Source: Anaerolineales bacterium
GTDB taxonomy: Bacteria; Chloroflexota; Anaerolineae; UBA1429
Assembly (NCBI GenBank): GCA_046538105.1
Contig: JBKHJO010000003.1
Span: 4,418-68,417, forward strand
Reading direction: 5' to 3'
DNA: 64,000 bases
The translations under genes and the position numbers were made by a program. A model generated the notes under the pieces. It did no database searches. It had not been told where the DNA came from and saw only the letters and a list, made by a program, of their open reading frames with translations. Shown here piece by piece: positions 29,764 through 39,788 of this stretch (positions are counted from its first letter, which is position 1; the number at the start of each line of letters is the position of its first letter).

Positions 29764-30425
29764 CTGTCATTCCCTTCATTATCCTGAACGGGTCGTGGAC
29801 CATTTTTCGGTGGTTCCTGGCTCTGAGATGCGAGGCGTTTTCGCAGCCGGCGAAGGAGCGCGTCCAGGTGCTTGCGGTACGCCCGCACCGAGTGGGATCG
29901 CGTACTCATGATATAGGCGTCCTCATCGTTGTCCGAATAGTAGCCCTCGTGGGTTTTGGTAATCTCAAGGCCGTACTTTTTGTACAGGTTCTGAGCCACA
30001 GTGTTGCTGGCACGCACCTCCAAGTTGATGATCCGCGCATCCCGCTGCAGGGCCTTTTCGCAGAGGGAAGCCAATAAAAGTTCGCCCAACCCTCGCCCTC
30101 GCCACGCTGGCCGCAGAGCCAGCGTGCTGATGTGGGCCCGGGCGGCGATCATCCAAAAGCCTCCGTATCCCAGAAGCGAGGGATCATCGCCGACACGCCC
30201 CAGGAGACGGGCGACGGGTTGTGGAAGAATACCCTCTCTGTGCTCGTCAATCCAGGGTTCGTAGCGCAGCACGAGGTATACCGAGTTTTCGTTGTACGTT
30301 ATCTCGTGTAAAAAAGCGTACGTCGACCAGGGCAGGGGAAACACCTGCCGTTCGATCTTGTGGACGGTGGGCACATCCTCCCGCTTCATGGGTTCGATCA
30401 CGTAGGGAAGCCCATCCAGGTTCAT
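29760..30425 (-). CDS. rimI: ribosomal protein N-acetyltransferase
   Basis: RGRGLG, LEVRASN..AQNLY, YYSDNDEDA; next to tsaB/tsaE. Confidence 0.85.
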   Translation of the reverse strand: MNLDGLPYVIEPMKREDVPTVHKIERQVFPLPWSTYAFLHEITYNENSVYLVLRYEPWIDEHREGILPQPVARLLGRVGDDPSLLGYGGFWMIAARAHISTLALRPAWRGRGLGELLLASLCEKALQRDARIINLEVRASNTVAQNLYKKYGLEITKTHEGYYSDNDEDAYIMSTRSHSVRAYRKHLDALLRRLRKRLASQSQEPPKNGPRPVQDNEGNDR

Positions 30426-30443
30426 GCAGCCTTTTCCAAATTT

Positions 30444-31109
30444 CTAGGTGAAGGGATTGTGAGCATAGATGGGACCGAGGGTGTCCAGATCGTCGACCTC
30501 GCTTTCCTGTAGCCTCTCCCAGGCCAGTTCTGCTAGGTACCCGGCACGCCGCAGCGAACTGGAGAGCGACGTGATATAGATCTCTGGCCCATTGGAGCGG
30601 CCCAGTAACCTTTCGGCCAGGGCGTCGTCCACTTCTCCGGCAACGAGGATCGGCTCTTCTTCTTCGATCTCCCATTGTGAGGCGCTGACGATCCGCACGG
30701 CGTCCAGTTGTACAGGAAGGCCCTCCTCAAAGCGATAGGGCGCTACACAGATACGCCCGCGGCCCGCCTGGAGCACGGCATATACCGGATACCCCGGGTC
30801 TCCTGCAGCATAGGTGACGACATGCAGCGTGGGGATGGCGATGATGGGAATATCCAGCGCCAGGCAGAGTCCCTTGCCGATGCTCATGCCGATGCGCAAC
30901 CCCGTAAAGGAGCCGGGACCCTTGGCCACGGCTATGGCAGTCAGGTCGTCGGGAATCATCCCCTGTTGCGACAAGGAGCACGCGATGGCCGACAGCACCT
31001 CCACAGAATGATTGTTTTCCGAACGCCAACTCTTTTCCACCACAACGCCCGACGTATCATAAAGTGCGATGCTGGCATAACGCGTGGCCGTGTCGATAGC
31101 TAGTAACAT
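30444..31109 (-). CDS. tsaB: tRNA threonylcarbamoyladenosine biosynthesis protein
   Basis: LAIDTAT, HS, GPGSFTGLRIG. Confidence 0.93.
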   Translation of the reverse strand: MLLAIDTATRYASIALYDTSGVVVEKSWRSENNHSVEVLSAIACSLSQQGMIPDDLTAIAVAKGPGSFTGLRIGMSIGKGLCLALDIPIIAIPTLHVVTYAAGDPGYPVYAVLQAGRGRICVAPYRFEEGLPVQLDAVRIVSASQWEIEEEEPILVAGEVDDALAERLLGRSNGPEIYITSLSSSLRRAGYLAELAWERLQESEVDDLDTLGPIYAHNPFT

Positions 31110-31651
31110 TACTCCTCAGCCTCTTTTATCTGTATCCGACTCTTTTCCTTGCCCCATAGTATCCCTTTGAGGGAAAGAAGGATCTGTATATATTCCTCGC
31201 CCGAGGCTTCGAATTGTATCCTGCGCTTGCTATCATAGTCCAGATAGGATATGGTGATCCAGAGACGTTCCTCGGGCATGATGTCCTGTGCGCGTTCGGC
31301 CCATTCGATGATAGTCACGCCGTTGCCGTATATATAGTCCTCTATTCCCAGAGCCAGGGCATCCATATAGTCCTGAATGCGATAGAGATCCACGTGGTAC
31401 AGATAGGGTCCCGATCCCCGGGGGGCATGCTCATTTATATACACAAAGGTGGGGCTGTGTATCACGCCCTTGACGCCCATCCCCGCGCCGATGCCCTGGG
31501 TGAGGCAAGTCTTGCCCGTCCCCAGCGCCCCCTGCAGGCAGACGACGCTACCAGGTTCAAGCAGGTAGCCCAATCTCTCGCCGATGAGACGCGTCTGCTT
31601 TGCACTGTGGGTGATAATGTCAAATGAGCGATCGGTCAGAATTGGACTCAC
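31109..31651 (-). CDS. tsaE: tRNA threonylcarbamoyladenosine biosynthesis ATPase
   Basis: GALGTGKT, SPTF, HVDLYR, IEWA. Confidence 0.93.
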   Translation of the reverse strand: MSPILTDRSFDIITHSAKQTRLIGERLGYLLEPGSVVCLQGALGTGKTCLTQGIGAGMGVKGVIHSPTFVYINEHAPRGSGPYLYHVDLYRIQDYMDALALGIEDYIYGNGVTIIEWAERAQDIMPEERLWITISYLDYDSKRRIQFEASGEEYIQILLSLKGILWGKEKSRIQIKEAEE

Positions 31652-31731
31652 GCTTGATCTCCATGTTCATTCTCGTTGGCAAAAGCGGACGGCCTAGTAT
31701 GGCTTGTATGCGTCTGTAGAACCAAATGGGA

Positions 31732-32283
31732 CTAGGGGAGGATGATTTTCTCTCCCATCAACGCAAAGGTCTTCCCCCCCAGATGTTGCAGCGGCAGCAA
31801 CTCCTCGTTGTCCGGTACGCGCCAGACGCCATCAAAGGCTTCCTCTTCCACCCACACGCTAACCACCTGGGCGAAAAAGAGGGAATGATCCCCGGGCGTG
31901 AAAAGATCCACGATGGCACATTCTATATGGGCCAGACATTCGTCGATCCAAGGAGTATCGATATCCTGTGACGATTCCGTCGTCAAGCCTGTGGACTCGA
32001 TTTTATCCACATCCTTCCCCGACATTGTACCACACGTCCAGACATGTTCCATGAGGGGCCGTCCTGGGATGTTAAGCACGCACTCTTCGCTGCGCTCAAG
32101 CATCCCATGAGTATAGCGTGAGGGGTGTATGGCCAGCATGACCAGGGGTGGCTCCTGGCTTACGGCAGACGACCAACCGAAGGACATGACGTTGACCTGA
32201 CCTTTGTAGCTTGTCGTCAGCAGGCAGACGGGACGCGGTGCGAGCAGGCGAAAGGCTCCGCTGACTGCAATCTCTTTTTTCAT
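31732..32283 (-). CDS. flavin reductase family protein
   Basis: PRPVCLLT, NVM, CGTMSG..DK, IEC, GDH. Confidence 0.85.
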   Translation of the reverse strand: MKKEIAVSGAFRLLAPRPVCLLTTSYKGQVNVMSFGWSSAVSQEPPLVMLAIHPSRYTHGMLERSEECVLNIPGRPLMEHVWTCGTMSGKDVDKIESTGLTTESSQDIDTPWIDECLAHIECAIVDLFTPGDHSLFFAQVVSVWVEEEAFDGVWRVPDNEELLPLQHLGGKTFALMGEKIILP

Positions 32284-32373
32284 TGGAGTCTTCTCAATTC
32301 TTTATTTGCCAAAAGTATGACATAAGGCGCCCATGCTGTCAAGCAATCGCATTTACCATAGAGACGAGGATGG

Positions 32374-33339
32374 TCACATCAGGCGCTCGGCCACTTTTGG
32401 CGCAAATCGTACGACATCCTCGCGCAATTTGAGGAGGGCGAGGTCCCGCGCCTTGCTCTCCAACATGACATCGAAGGATACAAACCCTTCGGTCAACGTC
32501 AAAAACCAGATGAACTCAAAGGGATTGACGAAATCGCTGTGCTCCGTCCACGTGGGCGCCTTGGTCCGCGACGTTCCCGGCAGGGAACGCATCTCGGTAC
32601 GCGGGCTGCTAAAGTGAATCTTGGGCCTGACATCGGCCGGCCACGTATCCAGGGCGCCACACACGGCCTCTTCCATGGGCATGCGTTCAGGGTTCAGGAC
32701 AAGGTGATGCAGGTTATCAAAGACCAGAGGAATACCACATGCCTTATAGATAGCCCAGATATCTGCAAAGGCGAAACGATGATCGTCGTTCTCCAAGACG
32801 AGGCGTCCCTTCACCGACGAGGGCAACGCCTCATAGCGACGCACAAAGCGTTCTCGCGATGTCTGTGGATCCTCGTACACACCGCCGACGTGCACGACGA
32901 TCACGGCCTCTGGTCCCAGTGCCATGGCGTCGAGGAGATCCGCCTGCATTTCCAGGTATTTCACCGCCCGATGGAGACGGTCCTCGTCCGGGGTGTTCAG
33001 GGCGATGCCATAGGGATGAAAGGAAAGACGGATATCCCACTCACGTGCCATATCTCCCAGGGCAGCCAGTTCAGTTCGAGAGGCGGCGATTTGCGTCCGT
33101 ATCTCGTCCTCCGAAAGCCGCAGCGCGCCGGGAAGCAGATCCCCATGCATGCGGTACATGTGTATATCGTTGACATGGAGATAATGAAGAATATCACGGA
33201 GATAGGCCAGGCTCATGCTCAGATTGGGCTCGCGATATGGAGGACGGCCATCATGGGAAGGGAGGTCGGGGGTTCCGTATACGCGCACCGAAAAACCAAG
33301 CCGTACAAGCCCTCGCCCAGACGAAAATTCTGATAACAT
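32374..33339 (-). CDS. uvsE: UV DNA damage endonuclease
   Basis: RLGF, RLSFHP, HVGG, LEND, FDNLHH, KIHFS, EHSD, MLESKARD. Confidence 0.88.
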   Translation of the reverse strand: MLSEFSSGRGLVRLGFSVRVYGTPDLPSHDGRPPYREPNLSMSLAYLRDILHYLHVNDIHMYRMHGDLLPGALRLSEDEIRTQIAASRTELAALGDMAREWDIRLSFHPYGIALNTPDEDRLHRAVKYLEMQADLLDAMALGPEAVIVVHVGGVYEDPQTSRERFVRRYEALPSSVKGRLVLENDDHRFAFADIWAIYKACGIPLVFDNLHHLVLNPERMPMEEAVCGALDTWPADVRPKIHFSSPRTEMRSLPGTSRTKAPTWTEHSDFVNPFEFIWFLTLTEGFVSFDVMLESKARDLALLKLREDVVRFAPKVAERLM

Positions 33340-33512
33340 ACACCCCTCTCATCTGTCCGTACGGGAGGTATCAGTGCCCGGCGGGACGATCTTTTTTTGC
33401 CGGCGGTCACGATTCAAGGCCAGCAAGAAAAAAAAGTCAGGGATAGCCACGCCTGTAGAATAGCCGAAACCATTCCACGGATCAAGCAAAAAGTTGACGA
33501 GCAAGACAACAA

Positions 33513-33549
33513 AAGAGTTGAGATATTCTGGAAGAATATCTCAACTCTT
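33513..33549 (-). terminator. terminator hairpin downstream of the sigma factor gene
   Basis: Perfect 17-bp inverted repeat AAGAGTTGAGATATTCT-GGA-AGAATATCTCAACTCTT. Confidence 0.7.
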
Positions 33550-33604
33550 GGTTCCTTATCGTATTGTATAGAAGGGCTGGAGACCCACGATGGGACGCGT
33601 GAGA

Positions 33605-34813
33605 TCAGGTCAAATAGTCGCGCAGTTGCCGACTGCGTCTGGGATGTCTGAGGCGATCCAGGGCCTCGTGTTCGATCTGGCGAATTCTCTCCCGCGTCAG
33701 GTCGAACTTTTCTCCCACTTCTTGCAACGTATAGTTGCGCCCATCGTGCAGGCCAAAGCGCAAGCGCAGAATGCGCGCCTGACGGGGCGTAAGGGTGCTC
33801 AGGACCTCTTCCATCTTGTCCTCAAGCAGATTCTGATACGCCGAATCGGAGGGAGAGGGTGCTTCCTCATCGGGGATAAAACTTCCCAACTCGCTATCTT
33901 CCTCCTCGCCAACGGGCTTTTCCAGGGACAGAGGCCGCTGGGAGACCTTGAGCATCCACTGCACTTTGTGGGGCGGAAGATCGATCTCGTCCGCGATCTC
34001 CTCTGCCGTGGGCTGTCGTCCCCAATCCTGCTCCAATTGCTGGGCGACCTTGTACACCTTGCGGATACGATCGCTCAGATGTACGGGCAAACGAATCACC
34101 CGACCCTGATCGGCCAGGGCGCGCGTGATCGCCTGGCGAATCCACCATGTGGCATATGTGCTGAAGCGATGGCCACGGTGGTAATCGAACTTTTCCACCG
34201 CCTTGATGAGCCCCAGGTTACCCTCCTGAATCAGATCCAGGAAGGGCACTCCCTGGCCTGTATATCGCTTGGCGATACTCACCACCAACCGCGTGTTCGC
34301 CTGGATCAGGTGAGAACGCGCCACCTCACCCTGATCGACGAGATCGTAGAGGCGCCGCCTCCCCTCTTCGGAGAGATCGCCATTCTCTTCCAGTTTTTTC
34401 TGCGCCTCGCGTCCCTCCTCGTACTGACGTGCAAGGGTCACCTCCTGCTCGGCAGTGAGCAGGGGAACGCGCGCCATCTCTTTCAGATAGAGGCTGATGC
34501 TGTCCTCTGTGGAAATCTCGCTGAGTTTGGCCGGCTTCTTGGGCTGGACACGTGCCCTGAACTCATCGTCTTTCTCGTCCTCTTCATCCTCATCTTCATC
34601 TTCAAAGGATGTCGAGTCCTCATCTCGCCCCTCGTCGTCATACAGGACATCGATGTCCTCTTCTTCAAGGCTAGCAAATATCTCCTCGATCTCGTCAAGA
34701 TTGTCTTCTGCATGTGGAAAGTGTTCCATGAGATCATCGAGGGTAAGATAACCCTGCTCTCTGGCCCTTTCCAAAAGCTCTTCGTACTCTTTGTCTACAA
34801 TCGTTTCCATCAT
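33605..34813 (-). CDS. RNA polymerase sigma-70 factor, RpoD/SigA family (primary or paralogue)
   Basis: [51 protein letters not shown]; acidic N-terminal region. Confidence 0.93.
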   Translation of the reverse strand: MMETIVDKEYEELLERAREQGYLTLDDLMEHFPHAEDNLDEIEEIFASLEEEDIDVLYDDEGRDEDSTSFEDEDEDEEDEKDDEFRARVQPKKPAKLSEISTEDSISLYLKEMARVPLLTAEQEVTLARQYEEGREAQKKLEENGDLSEEGRRRLYDLVDQGEVARSHLIQANTRLVVSIAKRYTGQGVPFLDLIQEGNLGLIKAVEKFDYHRGHRFSTYATWWIRQAITRALADQGRVIRLPVHLSDRIRKVYKVAQQLEQDWGRQPTAEEIADEIDLPPHKVQWMLKVSQRPLSLEKPVGEEEDSELGSFIPDEEAPSPSDSAYQNLLEDKMEEVLSTLTPRQARILRLRFGLHDGRNYTLQEVGEKFDLTRERIRQIEHEALDRLRHPRRSRQLRDYLT

Positions 34814-34871
34814 TATTTAACCACCCGGGGTAAACTATGAGTATACACTATATAATACGGCACTGCTTCCC

Positions 34872-34903
34872 AAACCAAACCGCCGACGCATAGCCATCGG
34901 CGG
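34872..34903 (-). terminator. terminator-like hairpin in the sigma gene leader
   Basis: Minus strand CCGCCGA..TCGGCGG followed by TTTGGTTT. Confidence 0.55.
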
Positions 34904-34992
34904 AGGCAAACGAATCTTCAATATATGCCGACAGGATTGTCTAATGCGCTGCCACAGAAACGCTCCCTATCAACGGTTTTTAATTCTTTACT

Positions 34993-35021
34993 ATTATACC
35001 ATATTTTTTGTGTTTCGTCAA
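34993..35021 (-). promoter_or_regulatory. sigma-70 promoter P1 upstream of the sigma gene
   Basis: Minus strand TTGACG, 17 nt, TATAAT with an extended TG. Confidence 0.7.
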
Positions 35022-35106
35022 GTACTTTACAGAACATAAAAAGTACTCTGCCAGCCGCGCAAAACTTTCCTCGGCACCATGAATGCAGCAAAGGCATCAG
35101 CCCTAT

Positions 35107-35135
35107 ATTATACGGGAGGATCCCTTTTTTGTCAA
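35107..35135 (-). promoter_or_regulatory. sigma-70 promoter P2 upstream of the sigma gene
   Basis: Minus strand perfect TTGACA, 17 nt, TATAAT. Confidence 0.7.
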
Positions 35136-35425
35136 ATCACCAAAAAGGGCCCTGGGGCGAAAATGATGTCACATGCGGTGTCCCGCTCAGGTAGAGCATG
35201 TGTGAATAGCCTACAAGACTGGTCTCATCATACCCAAATGATCGTTTCTGTGTTAAAATCGGGGTGGTCAAACATGTTGGTCGGAACTGAGACCCATCAT
35301 TCCACCGCATCGGTAAAGGATCTTGGCTGAGTAGCGGCTTTTGCAGGTGCTCGAAGTAGAGATGAGCCGGTTCAAAAATGCAACGTTGGTATCGCGTTAA
35401 AAGGATCCTGGGATAGGGGGGAATA

Positions 35426-36180
35426 TGGTGGGGAAAAGTCAGGGCACCCAGCAATAACCAAAGGGGCTGTCGTGGTTGCCTGCTAGTCCTCGTTATCATC
35501 ATCGTCGCAGTGGTCAGCCTGTGGTTTTTGGCCACGGTTGCCCTGCGGGTAGCCGGCCTGCTACCGCCAAGTGCGGAAGAATATCCTGGGGCACCGGACC
35601 CGGTCGCGAGTGAGGGCCTGGAAACGACCCTGATCGACGCCGGCATCGAGGGGGCACGTGTCGTGGCTTTTCCCATCAAGGGAAGCGATGTGCGTTTTCG
35701 GGTAGCGGGCTTTGGCGAACTGGCGCGAACCTTAGATATAAAGGAGAACGGGTTCGATGCCCTCCTCTGCCTGGGTAACTCGTTGCCCCACGTGTTGACG
35801 TCCGAGGATCTCACCGCGACCCTGGCGGGCTGCTTCTGATTCAGAATCGTAATTTTGATATGGTACTGGCGGATCGAAAACGCTGGATGGGACCGCGGTC
35901 CCGTGGCGAGGGGAATAAGGAATGGCTTTTTCTACGCTTCTATGACTTTGAACCCCGTGAACGGCTCCGCTTTAACCCGATAACCCTGTAAAGAGAGGGG
36001 GACGGGGACTGGAGCCAGCATGTGATCTCGACAGAGTTATGGGCACTGCGCCAGGCAAAAGTAGTGAGCGCGCTGACAGAGACGGCCTACGAAACCATCA
36101 CCTGCTACGGCGACATAAAGGGCTCGCCTTTCGATGCCGACAGCAGTCCCAACCTCATCGTCACCGCCCGCCGCCCGGCC
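35426..36180 (+). pseudogene. chimeric remnant: membrane-protein N-terminus joined to a broken class I SAM methyltransferase
   Basis: TM stretch, then FDALLCLGNSLPH, a frame change to PGGLLLIQNRNFD, then WLFLRFYDF, in-frame TAA at 35989, and YGD..SPFD..SSPNLIVTAR. Confidence 0.7.
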
Positions 36181-36351
36181 TACCGTCGTACACATATCGA
36201 CACTTGTTGGAGACGATACAGGACATCATCCATATCCGCACGCTGGAGGGGGAGCGCCGGCCGCTGGGCGACTAGAATTCCTATCCGCCGGAAGAGAGTC
36301 TTTCAGTGGATAGGAAAACCCTTCACATCTCTTTTTGGTCATCTAGCAGGG

Positions 36352-37086
36352 CTAGCCCTGCTCCCTCTGCTCCGCCCACCAGGCCTGAAAGCGCTCCTCC
36401 ATCTCGGGACCCATGGGATAGAGACCACGCTGGGAGTGGCCCCTGGCCAGCATGAGACGGATGAAATTCTCTCGCGCCTCGAACTCGAGGATCTCCTCCA
36501 CCACGTGATCCACCATGCCCTGGGGGATGACGACGAGACCATCGTCATCCCCGACCATGATATCCCCCGGGCAGACCAGGGCCCCGGCGCAGCCGATGGG
36601 CACGTTATAGTCCACGTTATACACCGTGCCCCCGGGGCTTGCCGCGCCGAGACAGAAGACGGGCAACTCGCGCTCCAGGATATGGGGCTTGTCGCGCACG
36701 GCCATGTCGCAGGCCAGCCCGGCCGCCCCCATCTCCTGGATACGCAACGTCAGCAGATCGCCAAAGAGCCCCTCATCAGTGGCCCCCCGTCCGTCGAGGA
36801 CGACCACGTCGCCCGGTTGCACGGCATCGATGGCGTCATCGGGATGGCCGGGGAAGGCCGTTCCCTCGGCGTAGGCGATATCGCGCCCGATATCACCGCG
36901 ATGGGGCACACTGCGGATGGTGAGGGCCGGGCCCACCATCTTGGACCCGCGCCGCAAGGGCTTGAGGGGCATCCAGATGTCGCGGATGCCCTGCCGTGAA
37001 AAGATAGTGGTGAGGGTCGCCGTGCTGGCTCGGCGCAGGACATCGATAGTCTCTGGGCTGGGGCGTTCAAAATCCGGTCCGCGCAT
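36352..37086 (-). CDS. RraA/HMG-CHA aldolase family protein
   Basis: MVGPALT, PGDVVVLD, GDLL, VRD, PGDIMVGDDDG. Confidence 0.85.
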   Translation of the reverse strand: MRGPDFERPSPETIDVLRRASTATLTTIFSRQGIRDIWMPLKPLRRGSKMVGPALTIRSVPHRGDIGRDIAYAEGTAFPGHPDDAIDAVQPGDVVVLDGRGATDEGLFGDLLTLRIQEMGAAGLACDMAVRDKPHILERELPVFCLGAASPGGTVYNVDYNVPIGCAGALVCPGDIMVGDDDGLVVIPQGMVDHVVEEILEFEARENFIRLMLARGHSQRGLYPMGPEMEERFQAWWAEQREQG

Positions 37087-37138
37087 ATGTCCTTCCTCCT
37101 AGAGATCATATCTTCTCATGTACGACCGGCGCCTTATG

Positions 37139-38632
37139 CTATGTCTCAGCGGGCTCTGCGTAGTTGACGCCGGGCAGGCTGCCGCCGGGCGGACGGTGGT
37201 CGCTGAGATAGTGCTCGCGAAAGGACTCGGTGCGCGCGCCGATGTAGGGACACTGGTTGTTCATAAAGCGATTGAGTAATCTCAGGCGCATCTCTGCCAC
37301 CTTGTCGGCATACTGCGCGTCATAGAACAGATTGTCCAGTTCGTGGGGATCGTTGGTCAGATCATACAGTTCGCCGATCCCCAGGTTGGGAAAGTGGACA
37401 TACTTCCAGTTCCTGGTGGTGATCATGGCCACATAATCCCGCGAATCTGGATCCCGGGGACCATGCATCTGCGGATTGATGCGCAGATCGATCTCGGAGA
37501 AAGCGTCGTCCCGCCAATCGTCGACCTCGCCCTCGGCGAGGCCCACCAGGCTGCGTCCCTGCATGCCAGGGGGTCTCTCCACCCCAGCCACGTCGAGGAA
37601 GGTGGCCGGCAGATCAATGGCCTCCACCAACTCCTCGCAGACCACCCCCTGGGGAAAGCGTTCGGGATAGCGGATCAGATAGGGCACGCGCACCGAACCC
37701 TCGTAAAAGGTCACGCCGCTTTTGTAGAGGAGCCTGTGATCGCCCAGATGATCGCCATGATCGCTTGCGAAGGCAATCATGGTGTCGTCGGTCAATCCTT
37801 TTCCCTCGAGGACGCGCAGGATCTCGCCCACCTGGTCGTCGATGAGGGAGATGAGCCCATAATAGTTGGCCACCATCTTGCGCATCAGGGGTTCTGTGGC
37901 CTCGTCATAGCCCCGCTCCTTTTGGAACTGAAGCTGGGTGGGCTTGTTCTCCAATTCCCCCTCTTTCCACACCGGCAGGGGCACCTCATCTGGATCGTAC
38001 ATGGTGTCGTAGGGTTCCGGGGGATCAAAGGGGAAATGGGGATTACAGAACGAAACCCAAAGGCAGAAAGGTTCATCGCCGTCCCACGCTTCCAACCATT
38101 CGACGGCCCGGCGACCGACAAAGGCGTCGATGTTCTCCTCGGCCGGCAGGGCCTGGGTATAGATGCCAAAGGGTAGTTCTTCTCCTTTGGCGTCGTGCTG
38201 CCTGCCGTCAAGCCCTTTAGCCCTGAGATAATCGGTGTACTGGTTATTACGGTCAGCCTGCCCCTCCACCAAATCCAGATAGCAGAAGCCAAAGGGGCCC
38301 CACTTGGGCATCATGTGCATCTTGCCGATGGCGGCCGTATAGTAGCCGGCACGGCGAAGGTACTCCATAAACGTCTGTTCCTGCTCATGGGGCGGAATGC
38401 CGGTGCAGTTGATGTTGCAGCCGTGCTCGGAACAGTAGCGTCCCGTCATGATGGACATGCGCGAGGGCATGCACATGGGGTTCTGTACATACCCGCGGTC
38501 AAAGCGCACCCCTTCCTCGGCGATGGAATCTATGTGTGGCGTGCGCAGCACGGGGTTGTCATAGCAGCCAAGACAATCGTAGCGCTGTTCGTCGGTGGCG
38601 AAGAACAGGATATTCGGTCCCTGCGCGGGCAT
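37139..38632 (-). CDS. sulfatase (Cys-type)
   Basis: PNILF..DEQR, CMPSR..TGRY, GKMH, PHFP, SDHGD. Confidence 0.92.
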   Translation of the reverse strand: MPAQGPNILFFATDEQRYDCLGCYDNPVLRTPHIDSIAEEGVRFDRGYVQNPMCMPSRMSIMTGRYCSEHGCNINCTGIPPHEQEQTFMEYLRRAGYYTAAIGKMHMMPKWGPFGFCYLDLVEGQADRNNQYTDYLRAKGLDGRQHDAKGEELPFGIYTQALPAEENIDAFVGRRAVEWLEAWDGDEPFCLWVSFCNPHFPFDPPEPYDTMYDPDEVPLPVWKEGELENKPTQLQFQKERGYDEATEPLMRKMVANYYGLISLIDDQVGEILRVLEGKGLTDDTMIAFASDHGDHLGDHRLLYKSGVTFYEGSVRVPYLIRYPERFPQGVVCEELVEAIDLPATFLDVAGVERPPGMQGRSLVGLAEGEVDDWRDDAFSEIDLRINPQMHGPRDPDSRDYVAMITTRNWKYVHFPNLGIGELYDLTNDPHELDNLFYDAQYADKVAEMRLRLLNRFMNNQCPYIGARTESFREHYLSDHRPPGGSLPGVNYAEPAET

Positions 38633-38790
38633 GAGAGCATCTCCTTTCGATAAAGATGACAGCAACTGACGGTGGGTATTATACAGCATGGTGTGTGGAA
38701 GGGATAACGCATTCTACATCCGATTGACAACACCGTACGGCCCTGAGAAAATGACCTGGGCATGTTTTGTGACGAGGGAGAAATGAGAAG

Positions 38791-39783
38791 ATGAGATACA
38801 GAGAACTGGGGAAAACGGGAATCCAGATCTCCGAGCTGGGTTTCGGCTGCGGGGCCGTAGGCGGGCTTCTGGTGCGAGGCGACGAGGAGGAGATGGTGCG
38901 CGTGGTGGCGCGGGCCATCGAGTTGGGCATCACCTACTTTGACACGGCTCAGGCCTACGGCGACGGCACCTCGGAGGCTAACCTGGGACGCGTGTTGGAG
39001 GAACTGGACGCCGACGTGGTGGTAGGAACCAAGGTACAGCTCACAGCGGAACAGATGGCGCAGATCGACGAGGCAGTGCCGGCTGCGGTGGAAACGAGCC
39101 TGCACAGATTGAGACGGGAACGTATAGACCTCATGCAGTTACACAACCGCATCGTCGCCCAGTGCCATCCCGAGCGCGGCTGGGTGAGCGTGGAGGACGT
39201 GGCCGCTGTCGTGGACGCCTTCCGTTCCCTGCAGGCCCAAAATAAGATTCGCGCCTGGGGCATCAACGGCCTGGGGGAAACCGAGGCCCTGCATCAAGCC
39301 ATCACCACCACAAAGACTTGCACTATCCAGACCTGCTATAACCTGCTGAATCCCACAGCGGGCAGGGAAGTGGCAGAGGGCTTTCCCTTTCAGGATTACG
39401 ACCAGCTCATCGACCGCGCTGTCGAAGGGGGTATAGGCCCCATCGCCATACGTATCCTGGCCGGCGGCGCCCTGACGGGAACCAGCACGCGGCATCCGGT
39501 GGGCGCCGAATCCGTCTCTCCCATCGCCACGGGGGAGGACTATGGAGAGGACGTACGCCTCGCTCAAGGATTCAATTTTCTCGTGGAGGAGGGTCACACC
39601 GAGAGCCTGGTCGAGGCCGCCATCCGCTTTGCCATGGGCAAGGAAGAACTCTCGACGGCCCTCGTGGGCTTTTCGAGTATGGAGCAGGTGGAGCAGGCCG
39701 TGCGGTATGTGGAAAAGGGGCCATTGCCGGAAAAAGCTCTCGCGCGCCTGCCCGAGATATGGGCGGAGATGGGGCAGGGGTGA
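38791..39783 (+). CDS. aldo/keto reductase
   Basis: YRELGKTG, YFDTAQAYG, GTK, DLMQLHN. Confidence 0.9.
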   Translation: MRYRELGKTGIQISELGFGCGAVGGLLVRGDEEEMVRVVARAIELGITYFDTAQAYGDGTSEANLGRVLEELDADVVVGTKVQLTAEQMAQIDEAVPAAVETSLHRLRRERIDLMQLHNRIVAQCHPERGWVSVEDVAAVVDAFRSLQAQNKIRAWGINGLGETEALHQAITTTKTCTIQTCYNLLNPTAGREVAEGFPFQDYDQLIDRAVEGGIGPIAIRILAGGALTGTSTRHPVGAESVSPIATGEDYGEDVRLAQGFNFLVEEGHTESLVEAAIRFAMGKEELSTALVGFSSMEQVEQAVRYVEKGPLPEKALARLPEIWAEMGQG

Positions 39784-39788
39784 GAGGG

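Noticed and set aside
36022-36999. 325-aa plus-strand ORF
   Set aside because: Its first ~50 codons are the tail of the methyltransferase pseudogene and most of the rest is antisense to the RraA-family gene.
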